Under the pieces are notes generated by a model. It was not told the origin of the DNA and did not search any database. It worked only from the letters and a program-made list of their open reading frames with translations. Position numbers and translations under genes: made by a program. 64,000 bases of DNA from Verrucomicrobiota bacterium (GTDB lineage Bacteria > Verrucomicrobiota > Kiritimatiellia > CAIQIC01): contig SCQF01000046.1 in the NCBI GenBank assembly GCA_004321905.1, forward strand, positions 25,614 through 89,613, written 5' to 3'. Below, in pieces: positions 29,241 to 40,219 of the stretch (its first letter is position 1; each line of letters starts with the position of its first letter).

Positions 29241-30221
29241 CTATTTCTCTTCCGGCTTCTCGAAATAAACGGTGAAGTGCACGTTGTCGAAGGTCACTTT
29301 GTAGCGGCTAAGCAGGCCGCGACCAATACGCACCGTTTTATCCGGTTCCAAGCCGCGCTCGCGCAGCGTGTAGGCGCGCACTTGCCGAAACACAAGATCG
29401 CCAAGGCTCACCTGCTTGACCGGACCGAGCGTCATCTTGGGCAGCGCGATTTCAAAATCGCCACCGGTATCGAGGATGATCGTCTCCTTTTTGCCATCCA
29501 CCATGCCATTGACGGTATAGACGCCCTCGCTCTCCGCCAGCGGCACCGCCGCGACGAGTTGATCCTCTTTGGGGTGGTAGGTCAGCGTGGAGGCCAGCGT
29601 GATCAGCCGATTATGGAAGTCAAACTGCGCGGTGGCAAAAGCGCGGAGTACATTGCAGCCGAGCACACCTTCCAAGGCGGGCTGTTCCACATTGCGCGCC
29701 AACGTACCCAGCGGACCGGAGGCGGTGCGGACATAGGCGATCGTATTTTCCATGCGCAACGTGTCGAAGCTGAGCGAACTCAATAGGCAGCCGTACCCGA
29801 GAATATCGTCCCGCACGTGCCGGGGTGTGATGCCATACGCGCGATCCGAACCGACGGTTTTGGCCTGCAAGGCCGCGGTGGACTCAAACCGCAACCAGCT
29901 TTCCTTGGCACTGGTATCCAGTAAAAAGGGCAACGCATCCTCGGACTTCAAGCCGGCGGCGATCACCGGCGCGCTATCACCCCGTTTGGACATGAACGGC
30001 AAGACGGCCTGCTGACCGGCATGCAAGCGATTGGCGCCCACAAACACAGGGCCATCATCAGAACTATACATGGTGATGGCATAACGTCGCGGATCTTCCG
30101 GCTTGCCAAAGAAGGCGCGCAACTTGTCTTCCGGCAACGGACGGATCGCGTCCGGCTGCGGCGAACGGCAGCCGACCAAACCCGCGACCAACAACAACGC
30201 TCCACATATGATTTTTTTCAT
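29241..30221 (-). CDS. Lipoprotein with two retropepsin-like aspartyl protease motifs
   Basis: Lipobox LVGC; FLLDTSA...GVLG and IILDTGG...IGRGLL. Confidence 0.7.
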   Translation of the reverse strand: MKKIICGALLLVAGLVGCRSPQPDAIRPLPEDKLRAFFGKPEDPRRYAITMYSSDDGPVFVGANRLHAGQQAVLPFMSKRGDSAPVIAAGLKSEDALPFLLDTSAKESWLRFESTAALQAKTVGSDRAYGITPRHVRDDILGYGCLLSSLSFDTLRMENTIAYVRTASGPLGTLARNVEQPALEGVLGCNVLRAFATAQFDFHNRLITLASTLTYHPKEDQLVAAVPLAESEGVYTVNGMVDGKKETIILDTGGDFEIALPKMTLGPVKQVSLGDLVFRQVRAYTLRERGLEPDKTVRIGRGLLSRYKVTFDNVHFTVYFEKPEEK

Positions 30222-30243
30222 AGTCACTCCTCAAACTTTTGCT

Positions 30244-31239
30244 TCAACCCCGCTCGGGGCGCAGTTCGCGCATAAGCAGCGCCTGCACCGCCTGTCGCGG
30301 ATCTTTGCCCTCGTTGATCACCGCACAGACTTCCTCCGTGATCGGCGCCCGCAAAGCGTGCTGCACAGCCACCGTACGCGCCGTCGTGCAGGTCCAAACA
30401 CCTTCGGCCACCTGCGCCATGCTATCCAAAATCTGCTGGATGGATTCACCGCGCCCCAGCCGCTCGCCGACCATGCGGTTGCGGCTATGCCGGCTGGTGC
30501 AGGTCACGACCAAATCGCCCATCCCGCTCAAACCCGCAAACGTATCCGGCTGCGCGCCCAACGCCACCCCCAACCGCGTAATCTCCGCCAATCCGCGCGT
30601 CATCAGCGCCGCCTTCGTGTTGTCGCCATAACCAATACCATCACATACGCCCGCGGCGATGGCGATCACGTTCTTCAGCGCACCACCGAGTTCGACACCC
30701 GCTACATCCGACGAGGTATAGACCCGAAACGTTGCATGACTGAAAACTTTTTGCAGCGCCACCGCCTTGGCGTGATCGGCACAGGCGATCGTCACCGCCG
30801 TGGGAACACCGCGCGCTACTTCCTCGGCATGGCTCGGCCCGGAGAGCGCGGCAATCGGCGCATGGCCCAGCAATTCCTCGGCCACTTGCGTCATACGGCG
30901 TCCGGTTTCGCGGTCCAACCCCTTCGTCACGCTGACCACCAGCGCCTGCGGTAGAATTAGGGACGCAAATGACCGCAGCACGTCGCGGAAAAATTTTGAG
31001 GGCACCGCGAGCACGACCACCTCGGCGTCGCGCAACGCCTCGGCGCGATCCGCAATCCATGCAATTTCCTTGGGCAACTTCACGCCCGGCAGAAATTTCG
31101 TGTTCTCGCCGATGCGCCGGATTTCGTCCAAATAGTCCGGGAACGGTCCCCAGACGCGCACCGCGTGCCCCGCCTGCGCCAAGCCCACCGCCAGCGCCGT
31201 ACCCCAACCGCCATCGCCAATGACCGAAATTTTTTTCAT
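30244..31239 (-). CDS. gpsA: NAD(P)H-dependent glycerol-3-phosphate dehydrogenase
   Basis: IGDGGWGTALA, SGPSHAEEV, GALKNVIAIA and GDLVVTCTS..SRN motifs. Confidence 0.97.
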   Translation of the reverse strand: MKKISVIGDGGWGTALAVGLAQAGHAVRVWGPFPDYLDEIRRIGENTKFLPGVKLPKEIAWIADRAEALRDAEVVVLAVPSKFFRDVLRSFASLILPQALVVSVTKGLDRETGRRMTQVAEELLGHAPIAALSGPSHAEEVARGVPTAVTIACADHAKAVALQKVFSHATFRVYTSSDVAGVELGGALKNVIAIAAGVCDGIGYGDNTKAALMTRGLAEITRLGVALGAQPDTFAGLSGMGDLVVTCTSRHSRNRMVGERLGRGESIQQILDSMAQVAEGVWTCTTARTVAVQHALRAPITEEVCAVINEGKDPRQAVQALLMRELRPERG

Positions 31240-31242
31240 ATG

Positions 31243-31277
31243 AAGAATACAGAATTCAGGAAACAGGAGACAGAATA
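31243..31277. repeat. Heptamer array at the 3' flank of the four-helix-bundle gene
   Basis: aagaata-cagaatt-caggaaa-caggaga-cagaata. Confidence 0.8.
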
Positions 31278-31618
31278 GCGGCGGAATAGGCGTTGAGCAA
31301 CCGCCCAACTTCATCAAGTTGACCGACCAAACCGCCAGGATCACCATAATGCAAATCGTGCGCCAGAATTAGATAGTACCGGGATTCCTCCAAGGAGCCT
31401 TGGGCGATATTGAAAAACCGCTTTTTGTCAGCAGGGCCTTTTTTCTTAAACCCTTCGGCGATATTGGCCGGCACCGAAACGGCGGCGCGGCGGAGTTGTG
31501 AAGTCAGCCCATACAATTCAGCGCGCGGAAAATTTGCGGAAAAACTATAGATTCCCAAAACCCATTGATGCGCCTTTTGCCAGACGATCAAATCTTGAAA
31601 GGTTTTGGCCGCGGGCAT
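31256..31618 (-). CDS. Four-helix-bundle protein (23S rRNA IVP / bAvd-like family)
   Basis: FQDLIVWQKAH...FPRAELYGLTSQLRRAAVSVPANIAEG...FFNIAQGSLEE. Confidence 0.95.
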   Translation of the reverse strand: MPAAKTFQDLIVWQKAHQWVLGIYSFSANFPRAELYGLTSQLRRAAVSVPANIAEGFKKKGPADKKRFFNIAQGSLEESRYYLILAHDLHYGDPGGLVGQLDEVGRLLNAYSAAILSPVS

Positions 31619-31620
31619 AC

Positions 31621-32316
31621 TCACCGTTCTCCTCCCGTGTTCTGTATGCTGCCTCCTGTCTGCTGTGTTCTGTTTGCTGCTTCCTTTTTCCCAAACTGAA
31701 ATCTACTTTCTGTCCCCGTCATCAACCGCTGGATATTCGCCTTATGCCGAAAAACCACCAGCAAGCCTAGCAGCGTCAGCACAATCGGCGTGAGCAACTC
31801 TTGTCCACGATATAACCACCACCCCGCCGCTGGCACCACCAGCGCCGCACCCATCGAAGCGAACGAAACGTAACGTGAAGTCAGAAACAAAACCAGCCAG
31901 CCCAACACGCCGACGCCCACCGCCGCCGGTGCGACGCCGATCAACACGCCCGCGCTGGTCGCCACGCCCTTGCCGCCTTTGAATTTGAGATAGACCGGAA
32001 AATTGTGTCCCAAAATCGCGGCGACGCCACAGAGCAGTCCGAAGGAATTTTCCAAGCCTTGGAAAACCGGGATATCCGCTTTTCCCAGCATTGGAAAAAC
32101 CAACACTGGCACGAGGCCTTTCATCGCATCCAACGTGAAGGTGAGGATGCCCCACCCTTTGCCGACGCTACGGAAAACGTTGGTCGCACCGATATTCTTG
32201 CTGCCAACGGTACGGATATCCACGCCCTTGAGTCGTCCGATGAGCAGACCGAACGGAATCGCGCCCACCAGATAAGCGCCCGCCAGCCAGCCAATGAAAT
32301 TGAGCCATGCGTTCAT
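31621..32316 (-). CDS. plsY: Glycerol-3-phosphate acyltransferase
   Basis: YLVGAIPFG, GSKNIGATNV, GHNFPVY..FKGGKGVAT and RHKANIQRL motifs. Confidence 0.96.
   Translation of the reverse strand: MNAWLNFIGWLAGAYLVGAIPFGLLIGRLKGVDIRTVGSKNIGATNVFRSVGKGWGILTFTLDAMKGLVPVLVFPMLGKADIPVFQGLENSFGLLCGVAAILGHNFPVYLKFKGGKGVATSAGVLIGVAPAAVGVGVLGWLVLFLTSRYVSFASMGAALVVPAAGWWLYRGQELLTPIVLTLLGLLVVFRHKANIQRLMTGTESRFQFGKKEAANRTQQTGGSIQNTGGER
31632..31683. repeat. Heptamer array at the 5' flank of the four-helix-bundle gene (inverted relative to 31243-31277); forms the plsY tail
   Basis: ctcccgt-gttctgt-atgctgc-ctcctgt-ctgctgt-gttctgt-ttgctgc. Confidence 0.8.
32050..32096. repeat. Palindrome doublet, in frame in plsY
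   Basis: Units at 32050 and 32082; encodes FPMLGKADIPVFQGLEN. Confidence 0.9.
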
Positions 32317-32401
32317 CGGCGCGATTGGATAGCACAACGACGCGCGTCCGGCGAGTTCCTTTTGACCCGCTTATTTTGGATAAGAAATTGTTTTAGCACA
32401 T

Positions 32402-32484
32402 CCGTTGCTGACGTGTTGTTTTTCGCCCATACTATGTCCCTGAAAAAGCACGGAGTCATTTTCGCAAGCCGTCCGGCCAAGCCA
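32402..32484 (+). repeat. Diverged direct repeat of the purA upstream region (33966-34045)
   Basis: By-eye alignment: ctatgtccctgaaaaagcacggagtcattttcgcaagccgtccggccaag vs ctatgctcctaaaaaatcatggagccatttttgcgaaccactcggccaag. Confidence 0.75.
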
Positions 32485-32631
32485 AACTTTGTTGTGTGAC
32501 AAATTTTAATGTGGGAAAGCGGACTTTAGGTGGGGTTTGGTGCAACAGGACAAGACCGATACGTGGGATTCTTCTGTGGAAGAGTTAATAGCAGACTTGA
32601 CGCAATGCGGGTAGTCAAGGAGAGTGTGCAG

Positions 32632-33756
32632 ATGAAAACCGATTCAGGAAAAAGCGAAACAGCATGTCCTTCGAATCCCGGCGATGCAGGCAGCTTCCGT
32701 ATGAGCCGCCGGCAGGCGATGACCTTGGGAGCATCCGTGGCCGGGATTGCGCTGCTGCCTTCGTTGGTCAAGTCGAAACCGGTCGGCGGACAGGACCAAC
32801 AAACGTCGCGCGTAACAGAATATAAGGATCTACGCGGGTTCAACTACCAACCGAGTTGGGGTGCCACGGGCGAAGGAATCTGGCTGCACTTCGACGAGGC
32901 GAAATGCGGGCAGGAACTCGACCAAATCCGGCGGTATTTCCCGAAATGCACTGTATTGAGGATTTGGCTTTCCTATCACGCTTGGGGGATTGACCGGCTC
33001 AAATTCCTCGCAGCGGCGGGCAAAATGGCGGCATTGATAAAGGAGCGTAAACTTCAGATGATGCCAGTTTATTTCAACGGCTGGGGTGCAGAGGGAATGC
33101 ATCCTTTCGGGAGTTTTGCGCAGCACTGGATTGGCAGTCAGAAACCATGGACGATTTATAAACAATACCTAACCGAAACGGTTCAGGAAATATCAGAAAA
33201 AGGAGATTTGCTGGCACACGACATTTCAAATGAGCCGTATAACGGCTATTACTGGGATGAAAAAATAAGAGGTGACATCACAGAGTTCCTGAAGGCAATG
33301 GCATCTGAAATCCGGTCCATCACTCCAGATACACCAATCGGCGTTGGTTCGCAGGGGACGTGGCTGGCCGATCTCGACATGCTCAACCCCTTCGTCGATA
33401 TTTTCTACATACATCCATATGTTTACGGCCGTTACAGCCAGCCCGATAAATTGGAGAAAAAACTTTCCGAATTCGACGGAATGATGGCCAAGCTCAGGCA
33501 GTTAAATAAGCCGGTCATTTCCAACGAGTGCTGCTGGGGCAGCAACAACGACGCCGGGCGCGCCGAAACCATCAAGCAAGAGCTGACGCTGCTGAAACAG
33601 CATGGCATCGGTTTCCTGCCCCACGCGGCTCACCATTCCTGGGTAGCGGATCTTCACCGGCCCCGTCCGGATTATAAAACATGGAGCATGTATATGGGGT
33701 TCATTGATCCGAATGGTTCCATCCGTTCGGGGCATGAAATCTATAACGAGTTTTGA
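32632..33756 (+). CDS. Tat-exported clan GH-A (GH5-like) glycoside hydrolase
   Basis: SRRQAM twin-Arg signal; RGFNYQP; DISNEP acid/base; VISNE nucleophile; more AT-rich than flanks; start may be 32701. Confidence 0.75.
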   Translation: MKTDSGKSETACPSNPGDAGSFRMSRRQAMTLGASVAGIALLPSLVKSKPVGGQDQQTSRVTEYKDLRGFNYQPSWGATGEGIWLHFDEAKCGQELDQIRRYFPKCTVLRIWLSYHAWGIDRLKFLAAAGKMAALIKERKLQMMPVYFNGWGAEGMHPFGSFAQHWIGSQKPWTIYKQYLTETVQEISEKGDLLAHDISNEPYNGYYWDEKIRGDITEFLKAMASEIRSITPDTPIGVGSQGTWLADLDMLNPFVDIFYIHPYVYGRYSQPDKLEKKLSEFDGMMAKLRQLNKPVISNECCWGSNNDAGRAETIKQELTLLKQHGIGFLPHAAHHSWVADLHRPRPDYKTWSMYMGFIDPNGSIRSGHEIYNEF

Positions 33757-33822
33757 GCTTATCAATGGAGAAATGAAGGACGAGAGCGTTTCCCTAAATG
33801 ATGTGGCCGGCTGAAGCCCCGG

Positions 33823-33877
33823 CGTAGGATGCGGACTCCGTCCGCATCAGGAAAAGCGACCGGAGGTCGCTTCTACG
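33823..33877. repeat. GTAG-type REP doublet (REPIN-like)
   Basis: CGTAGGATGCGGACTCCGTCCGCATC...AGCGACCGGAGGTCGCTTCTACG. Confidence 0.8.
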
Positions 33878-34229
33878 TGGCGCGTGGCCAACATCACGTT
33901 TGTTTCGCAGCAGCTGCGCTACATGATTACCAGAAACGATCGAGGCTGACAGCAGCAGGATTTAACCGTTGACGCACTGTTTTCCGACCGCGCTATGCTC
34001 CTAAAAAATCATGGAGCCATTTTTGCGAACCACTCGGCCAAGTCAGCCCCTCTTCCAGAACGAATTTTCAGGCGGGAGAGCGGACGTGGCGTGAGAATTG
34101 GCGCATAAGAACAAGCTTGGTGTGCGATGACCGCCTACGGCGGATCTTCCGCGCCGGGCGAATTCCTTTTGACGCGGTTTTTGGGTTGACCGACGCGAAG
34201 GCTTTGCATAACGTCGCCCGGCATTTGGC

Positions 34230-35566
<1,337 letters not shown>

Positions 35567-35578
35567 AGTTGACCGGTT

Positions 35579-35625
35579 TTCCAAGGCTTGGAAAATGGAA
35601 AGTGATGTTTTTCCAGACCTTGGAA
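35579..35625. repeat. Palindrome doublet between purA and uppS
   Basis: Units at 35579 and 35611. Confidence 0.9.
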
Positions 35626-35639
35626 AAGTTGCCGAAAAC

Positions 35640-36356
35640 ATGAGCGACGAAAAACAAAATATGCCGCACCATGTGGCGATCATCATGGACGGCAATGGCC
35701 GCTGGGCCAAAGCGCGTGGCTGGCCGCGCCTGAAGGGCCATCAGGAAGGTGCCAACTCGCTCCGTGCCATTCTCCGCGCCTGTCGCGACCACGGGATCAA
35801 GTATCTCACGGTATATGCGTTCAGCTCTGAAAACTGGGTACGCCCAAAAAGCGAAGTTAGTGGACTGATGAACCTGCTGAAGACGTTTCTCCGTAAGCAG
35901 GAGCATGAATTGCACGAAAACAAAGTGCGCCTGCGCATGATCGGGCGGATGGCAGACCTGCCTGCCGCCGTGCAACAGGAACTGGAGCGCGTCATGGCTG
36001 CCACCGCGCACTATACCGAGCATCACCTCATTCTCGCGTTGAGTTACGGTTCACGCACGGAAATCACCGAGGCCTGTCGCGCCATCGCGCGCGAAGTGAA
36101 AGCCGGCCAACTCGATCCGGAAAAAATCACAGAGCAGACAGTGGCGCAGCAGCTCTATCTGCCGGATGTGCCCGATCCCGATCTGCTGATTCGGACGAGT
36201 GGCGAAATGCGCATCAGCAATTTCCTGCTCTGGCAAATTTCCTATAGCGAACTCTATGTGACGCCGGTCTTCTGGCCCGACTTCCGCGAGCAAGAGTTCG
36301 CCGCCGCGCTCGCCGACTACGCCAAACGTCATCGCCGTTTTGGAGACATCAAGTGA
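35640..36356 (+). CDS. uppS: Undecaprenyl diphosphate synthase
   Basis: HVAIIMDGNGRWA, YAFSSENW and RTSGEMRISNFLLWQ motifs. Confidence 0.97.
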   Translation: MSDEKQNMPHHVAIIMDGNGRWAKARGWPRLKGHQEGANSLRAILRACRDHGIKYLTVYAFSSENWVRPKSEVSGLMNLLKTFLRKQEHELHENKVRLRMIGRMADLPAAVQQELERVMAATAHYTEHHLILALSYGSRTEITEACRAIAREVKAGQLDPEKITEQTVAQQLYLPDVPDPDLLIRTSGEMRISNFLLWQISYSELYVTPVFWPDFREQEFAAALADYAKRHRRFGDIK

Positions 36357-37216
36357 AGGTGCCCGCGCTGATCCAACGCACCGTGAGCGGTGTGCTGATT
36401 ATCGCCGCGTTATTGGGCGTGTTGTTTTGGTTGCCGCCCATCGGGATGCTCCCCATTCTGCTCGCAGTGGCCGCGCTCGCCTCCTTCGAGTTTTTCAAGC
36501 TATTGCCGGCGGCAAACATTCCGCGCTATCCATGGATCGGCACGCTGTGCGGCTTGCTGTTCCTGGTGGGTGTCTGGTTTGAATACACGCGGCCCGACAT
36601 GGTGCGGCCCGTGATCGAACCGGCCTTGCTCTTTGCACTTGTGACCACGATTCTCATCCGCCAATTCCCGCAGAAAGAAAATCCGCGCCCGCTGGAAACG
36701 ATGGCGGGGACGATCATGGGCGTACTCTATGCCCCGTTTCTCTTGAGCTTCTTTCCGCGCCTAATGTTCCAGTGGGGTTCCGCCGGTGGTGGCTGGCTGA
36801 TCCTCTACCTTGTTTTCGTGGTGAAGATGAGCGACGTCGGCGCGTATTTCGTCGGCTGTTCATTGGGACGCCACAAACTCTGCCCACGCATCTCACCCAA
36901 GAAAACGTGGGAAGGCTTTTTCGGCGGCCTCGTCTTTGCGCTGACGACCAGCGTCTTCTGGTGGAAGTTGGCCCACGGTCACGTCGGCGCGCTAGCGATC
37001 ACGTTGCCGCACGCGCTGGCGTTGGGTCTATTGCTTGCGCTGATGGGCGTGCTCGGCGACCTCGCCGAATCCATTCTCAAGCGCGCCGCCAACGTCAAGG
37101 ATTCAGCCAGTTATATCCAAGGCATGGGCGGCATCCTCGACGTGCTCGATAGCTTGCTGTTGGCCGCACCCACGCTTTATGTCTACGCCCTGCTCTTTCT
37201 GAAACCCACAAGTTGA
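36353..37216 (+). CDS. cdsA: Phosphatidate cytidylyltransferase
   Basis: SDVGAYFVG, ISPKKTWEG, GDLAESILKR..VKDS and GGILD motifs. Confidence 0.96.
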   Translation: MKVPALIQRTVSGVLIIAALLGVLFWLPPIGMLPILLAVAALASFEFFKLLPAANIPRYPWIGTLCGLLFLVGVWFEYTRPDMVRPVIEPALLFALVTTILIRQFPQKENPRPLETMAGTIMGVLYAPFLLSFFPRLMFQWGSAGGGWLILYLVFVVKMSDVGAYFVGCSLGRHKLCPRISPKKTWEGFFGGLVFALTTSVFWWKLAHGHVGALAITLPHALALGLLLALMGVLGDLAESILKRAANVKDSASYIQGMGGILDVLDSLLLAAPTLYVYALLFLKPTS

Positions 37217-37223
37217 ATACCCT

Positions 37224-38618
37224 ATGCTAACCATCCTCTATACCATCATCGTCGTGATCCTCCTGCTGGGCGCAACGATTTTTGTCCATGAATTGGGCCA
37301 CTTCCTCGTCGCCCGCTGGTGCGGCCTGGTGATTGACACCTTCTCCATCGGCTTCGGCCACGCCATTTGGAAACGCAAGGTCGGCGACGTCACCTACAAA
37401 ATCGGCTGGATTCCTTTCGGCGGCTACGTGGCGTTGCCACAGATGGACCCGACGCACTCCGACGCCGCCACCGAAGACAAGGAAAGCCGCCAGTTACCGC
37501 AGGCCGCGCCGTGGAAAAAAATTCTCGTTGCCATCGCCGGCGGTATTGGCAACATCATTTTTGCCTTCGTGCTGGCGTGGATCGTCTACCTCGTTGGCAA
37601 GCCGAGCTCACCAGAAGAACGCAACTGCATCATCGGCTACGTGGACACCAACAGCGCCGCCTATACCGCCGGCTTGCGTATCGGCGACGAGATTACCGCC
37701 ATCAACAACGAAAATATCGGCAACTGGAACGAGTTATTCCTGCGTACCGCTTTGACGCACACCGCGCGAATGCAGGTGCGCAACACAACCGGCACGACGC
37801 GCCAACTTGATGTGCCCGTGGTAAACGGCGCGATCAACATCCCGCACATCGAAGGCATTGGCCCGCAGAATTTCTGCAACGTCGTCTCCGTGATGCCCGG
37901 CTCCAGCGCCGAAAAGGCCGGTATTCGCAGCGGCGACCGCGTGCTTGAGATCGCCGGGCAAAAACTGATGAGCCGCGAGCACATGATCAGCGTCGTCAAC
38001 AGCCATCGCGACGAGGAAGTTCCCGTCGTGGTGTTACGCGACGGACACCGCGTCGAATTGCGCGTGAAGCCCATTTACGATGCCGCCATCGGTCGCGCCC
38101 GTATCGGCATCCAATTCCCCAACGCGATGTTCGACATGGACTTTGATCAAATCGTCCACCCCAAGCCCACGACGCAAATCCGCGAGCACGCCGAATATGT
38201 CTTCCGCGTGCTGAAGGCGCTAACGACACCCCGGGAAATGCGCGGCGCAGCGGAAGGCCTGGGCGGGCCGGTGATGGTGCTCTGGATGTTTTGGTGGGCG
38301 GTCAAACGCGGCATCATGATCGCCTTATGGTTCACCTGTTTCTTTAACGTGAACTTGGCCGTACTCAATTTATTGCCAATCCCAATTCTCGACGGTGGGC
38401 ACGTGATCTTCGCGCTCTGGGAAATGATTACGCGCCGCCCGCTCCACGCCAAGGCCGCCAACATCATCATGAACTTTTTCCTCTACCTGATTCTGCTGGC
38501 CGCCGCCGTCCTGCTCTACCGCGATTGCACCCGCATGATCGTTCCGTTCTTCAAGCACTCCGTCGCAGAAACCAACGCATCCGCGGTGATCACAAATGCA
38601 CCGTCTCCATCTCGGTAG
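37224..38618 (+). CDS. rseP: RIP metalloprotease RseP with 2 PDZ domains
   Basis: HELGH, FSIGFG, IPFGGYV and NLLPIPILDGGH motifs. Confidence 0.96.
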   Translation: MLTILYTIIVVILLLGATIFVHELGHFLVARWCGLVIDTFSIGFGHAIWKRKVGDVTYKIGWIPFGGYVALPQMDPTHSDAATEDKESRQLPQAAPWKKILVAIAGGIGNIIFAFVLAWIVYLVGKPSSPEERNCIIGYVDTNSAAYTAGLRIGDEITAINNENIGNWNELFLRTALTHTARMQVRNTTGTTRQLDVPVVNGAINIPHIEGIGPQNFCNVVSVMPGSSAEKAGIRSGDRVLEIAGQKLMSREHMISVVNSHRDEEVPVVVLRDGHRVELRVKPIYDAAIGRARIGIQFPNAMFDMDFDQIVHPKPTTQIREHAEYVFRVLKALTTPREMRGAAEGLGGPVMVLWMFWWAVKRGIMIALWFTCFFNVNLAVLNLLPIPILDGGHVIFALWEMITRRPLHAKAANIIMNFFLYLILLAAAVLLYRDCTRMIVPFFKHSVAETNASAVITNAPSPSR

Positions 38619-38668
38619 GGCGACGCCGCCGGCGAAGCCGTTGTTTGCGGCTCACCGGGACGGTAGGG
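38614..38668. repeat. GTAG-type REP doublet, second unit interrupted; supplies the rseP stop codon
   Basis: GGTAGGGCGACGCCGCCGGCGAAGCCG...CGGCTCACCGGGACG. Confidence 0.65.
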
Positions 38669-38682
38669 AGAACAGGGAGCAT

Positions 38683-40155
38683 ATGCGGAATCGCTTTTCA
38701 ATACTGTTGGGGGCGCTGCTTCTTGGCTCGTCCGCCAGCGCCGAGAGCGCGCAGTTAGCGACTGACGCCGTTGAAACCAAATACCTGCTGTTCCAAGTCT
38801 GCCCTGCAATGCCCGGCTTTTCGCCCATTTTTCCGCCAGTGCCCGGTCGCATGGCGCTGACCAAGGAACAGCTCGCAGATTTCGCGCGCGGCGTGACCAA
38901 AGCCATCGGCATGACCGGCGACGCACGGCAGAAGCTGGGCTTCACCATCGGGCCGCTCTGTTTCGACATGCCCGACGGGGAAATCCGGCAGTGGATGCGC
39001 GATGCTTTCGCCGTCGCGCGGGGAAATGATGTGGCGGTTGCGTTTCACATTGATGATTCGATGTTCTGGGGGCAGCGCAAGGATTTGCTTTCCAATCCGG
39101 ACAACATCGAGACGGCGGACTGGAAACAAATTCCCAATACGGGCCGGCGGCTGGACTGGGGGCTGAAGCCAACCAAGGCTGCACCGCAAATGTGTTTCAA
39201 TGTGCCGGCCATCGTAACGGCGGTACAAAAGCGCGCAGAACTGATCGGCGCAGAGATCACGCGCGAACTCCCGATTTTGAAGGCGCAGGGGAAGGCGCAT
39301 CTCTTTGCGGGTGTCATCGCGGGATGGGAAACACAAATCGGCCCCGATTGGGAAACGGGAAAATCGCTTGGATTTCGCGCACTGGCCCACCGCGGGTTCA
39401 GCGAAAAGAGACCGCCGAAGGACCTCGACGCCGAACGCGTGAGCGTTGTGAAGGAGTGGATCGAACTCTGGGCGAACTTGCTTCACGCCGGCGGCACGCC
39501 ACGCGAAAAAATTTTCTGCCACATCGCGTTTACATCACAGGGACTTGCCCCGGAGAAATGGGCAACCACCGGCGCGCAGAAGGCCCGCTTCGCCCCGGCG
39601 GAGGTGGCGTTCAGCGCCGCGTATCGTCCGGGCTTTTCCACCTATCCCGAGGGGACCACTTTCAGTCAAATCCACGACGCGCTGGCCGTTCACGGCGGGC
39701 CGGGCTGGATTTCTGCCGAGGGCGTCAACGTATCGCCCACGGGCATGCCCGGCGAGCCAACGATGGAAACGTATCTGGGCCGGATATTCAACCACGGCGG
39801 CGTACTGGCAAACGTGTTTTCCTGGGGCATCGGCGGCGAGGCCCAACGCACAAATTTCTTCCGCCTGGCCACCGAGAGCCCCGAATGTCTGGCCGCCTAC
39901 TCCAAATTTCTGCGCGGCGAAAAGCTGGCCGAGTCCGCCGCCCGCAGGTTTTCAGCGTCGGCGCTGCAAGAAAAAATGCACCGGATTCAAACCGGGATCC
40001 AAGGCTATAGACAAGAGGCCGGATTGATGCAGAAACTGCGGATGAAATCGCTGATGCAAAAACTTGATTCGCTGATCAACGGCAAGAAGTGGCTGGAAGC
40101 TGACCAGGTTGCCGATGAGGTATGGGCGCTAATTTCCGAAAAACAAATGAAATGA
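38683..40155 (+). CDS. Secreted hypothetical protein (possibly a glycosidase-like barrel)
   Basis: Signal peptide MRNRFSILLGALLLG; long clean ORF; GGAG RBS; family not recognised. Confidence 0.75.
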   Translation: MRNRFSILLGALLLGSSASAESAQLATDAVETKYLLFQVCPAMPGFSPIFPPVPGRMALTKEQLADFARGVTKAIGMTGDARQKLGFTIGPLCFDMPDGEIRQWMRDAFAVARGNDVAVAFHIDDSMFWGQRKDLLSNPDNIETADWKQIPNTGRRLDWGLKPTKAAPQMCFNVPAIVTAVQKRAELIGAEITRELPILKAQGKAHLFAGVIAGWETQIGPDWETGKSLGFRALAHRGFSEKRPPKDLDAERVSVVKEWIELWANLLHAGGTPREKIFCHIAFTSQGLAPEKWATTGAQKARFAPAEVAFSAAYRPGFSTYPEGTTFSQIHDALAVHGGPGWISAEGVNVSPTGMPGEPTMETYLGRIFNHGGVLANVFSWGIGGEAQRTNFFRLATESPECLAAYSKFLRGEKLAESAARRFSASALQEKMHRIQTGIQGYRQEAGLMQKLRMKSLMQKLDSLINGKKWLEADQVADEVWALISEKQMK

Positions 40156-40219
40156 GGAGCTTGCGCCTCGCATCACCGATACTTTTTCGCAGGGGTAAGT
40201 CAGTCAAAATCCAACTGTA

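Noticed and set aside
31256..31618. Diversity-generating retroelement (Avd-like gene)
   Set aside because: No reverse transcriptase and no TR/VR pair with adenine-specific differences were seen.
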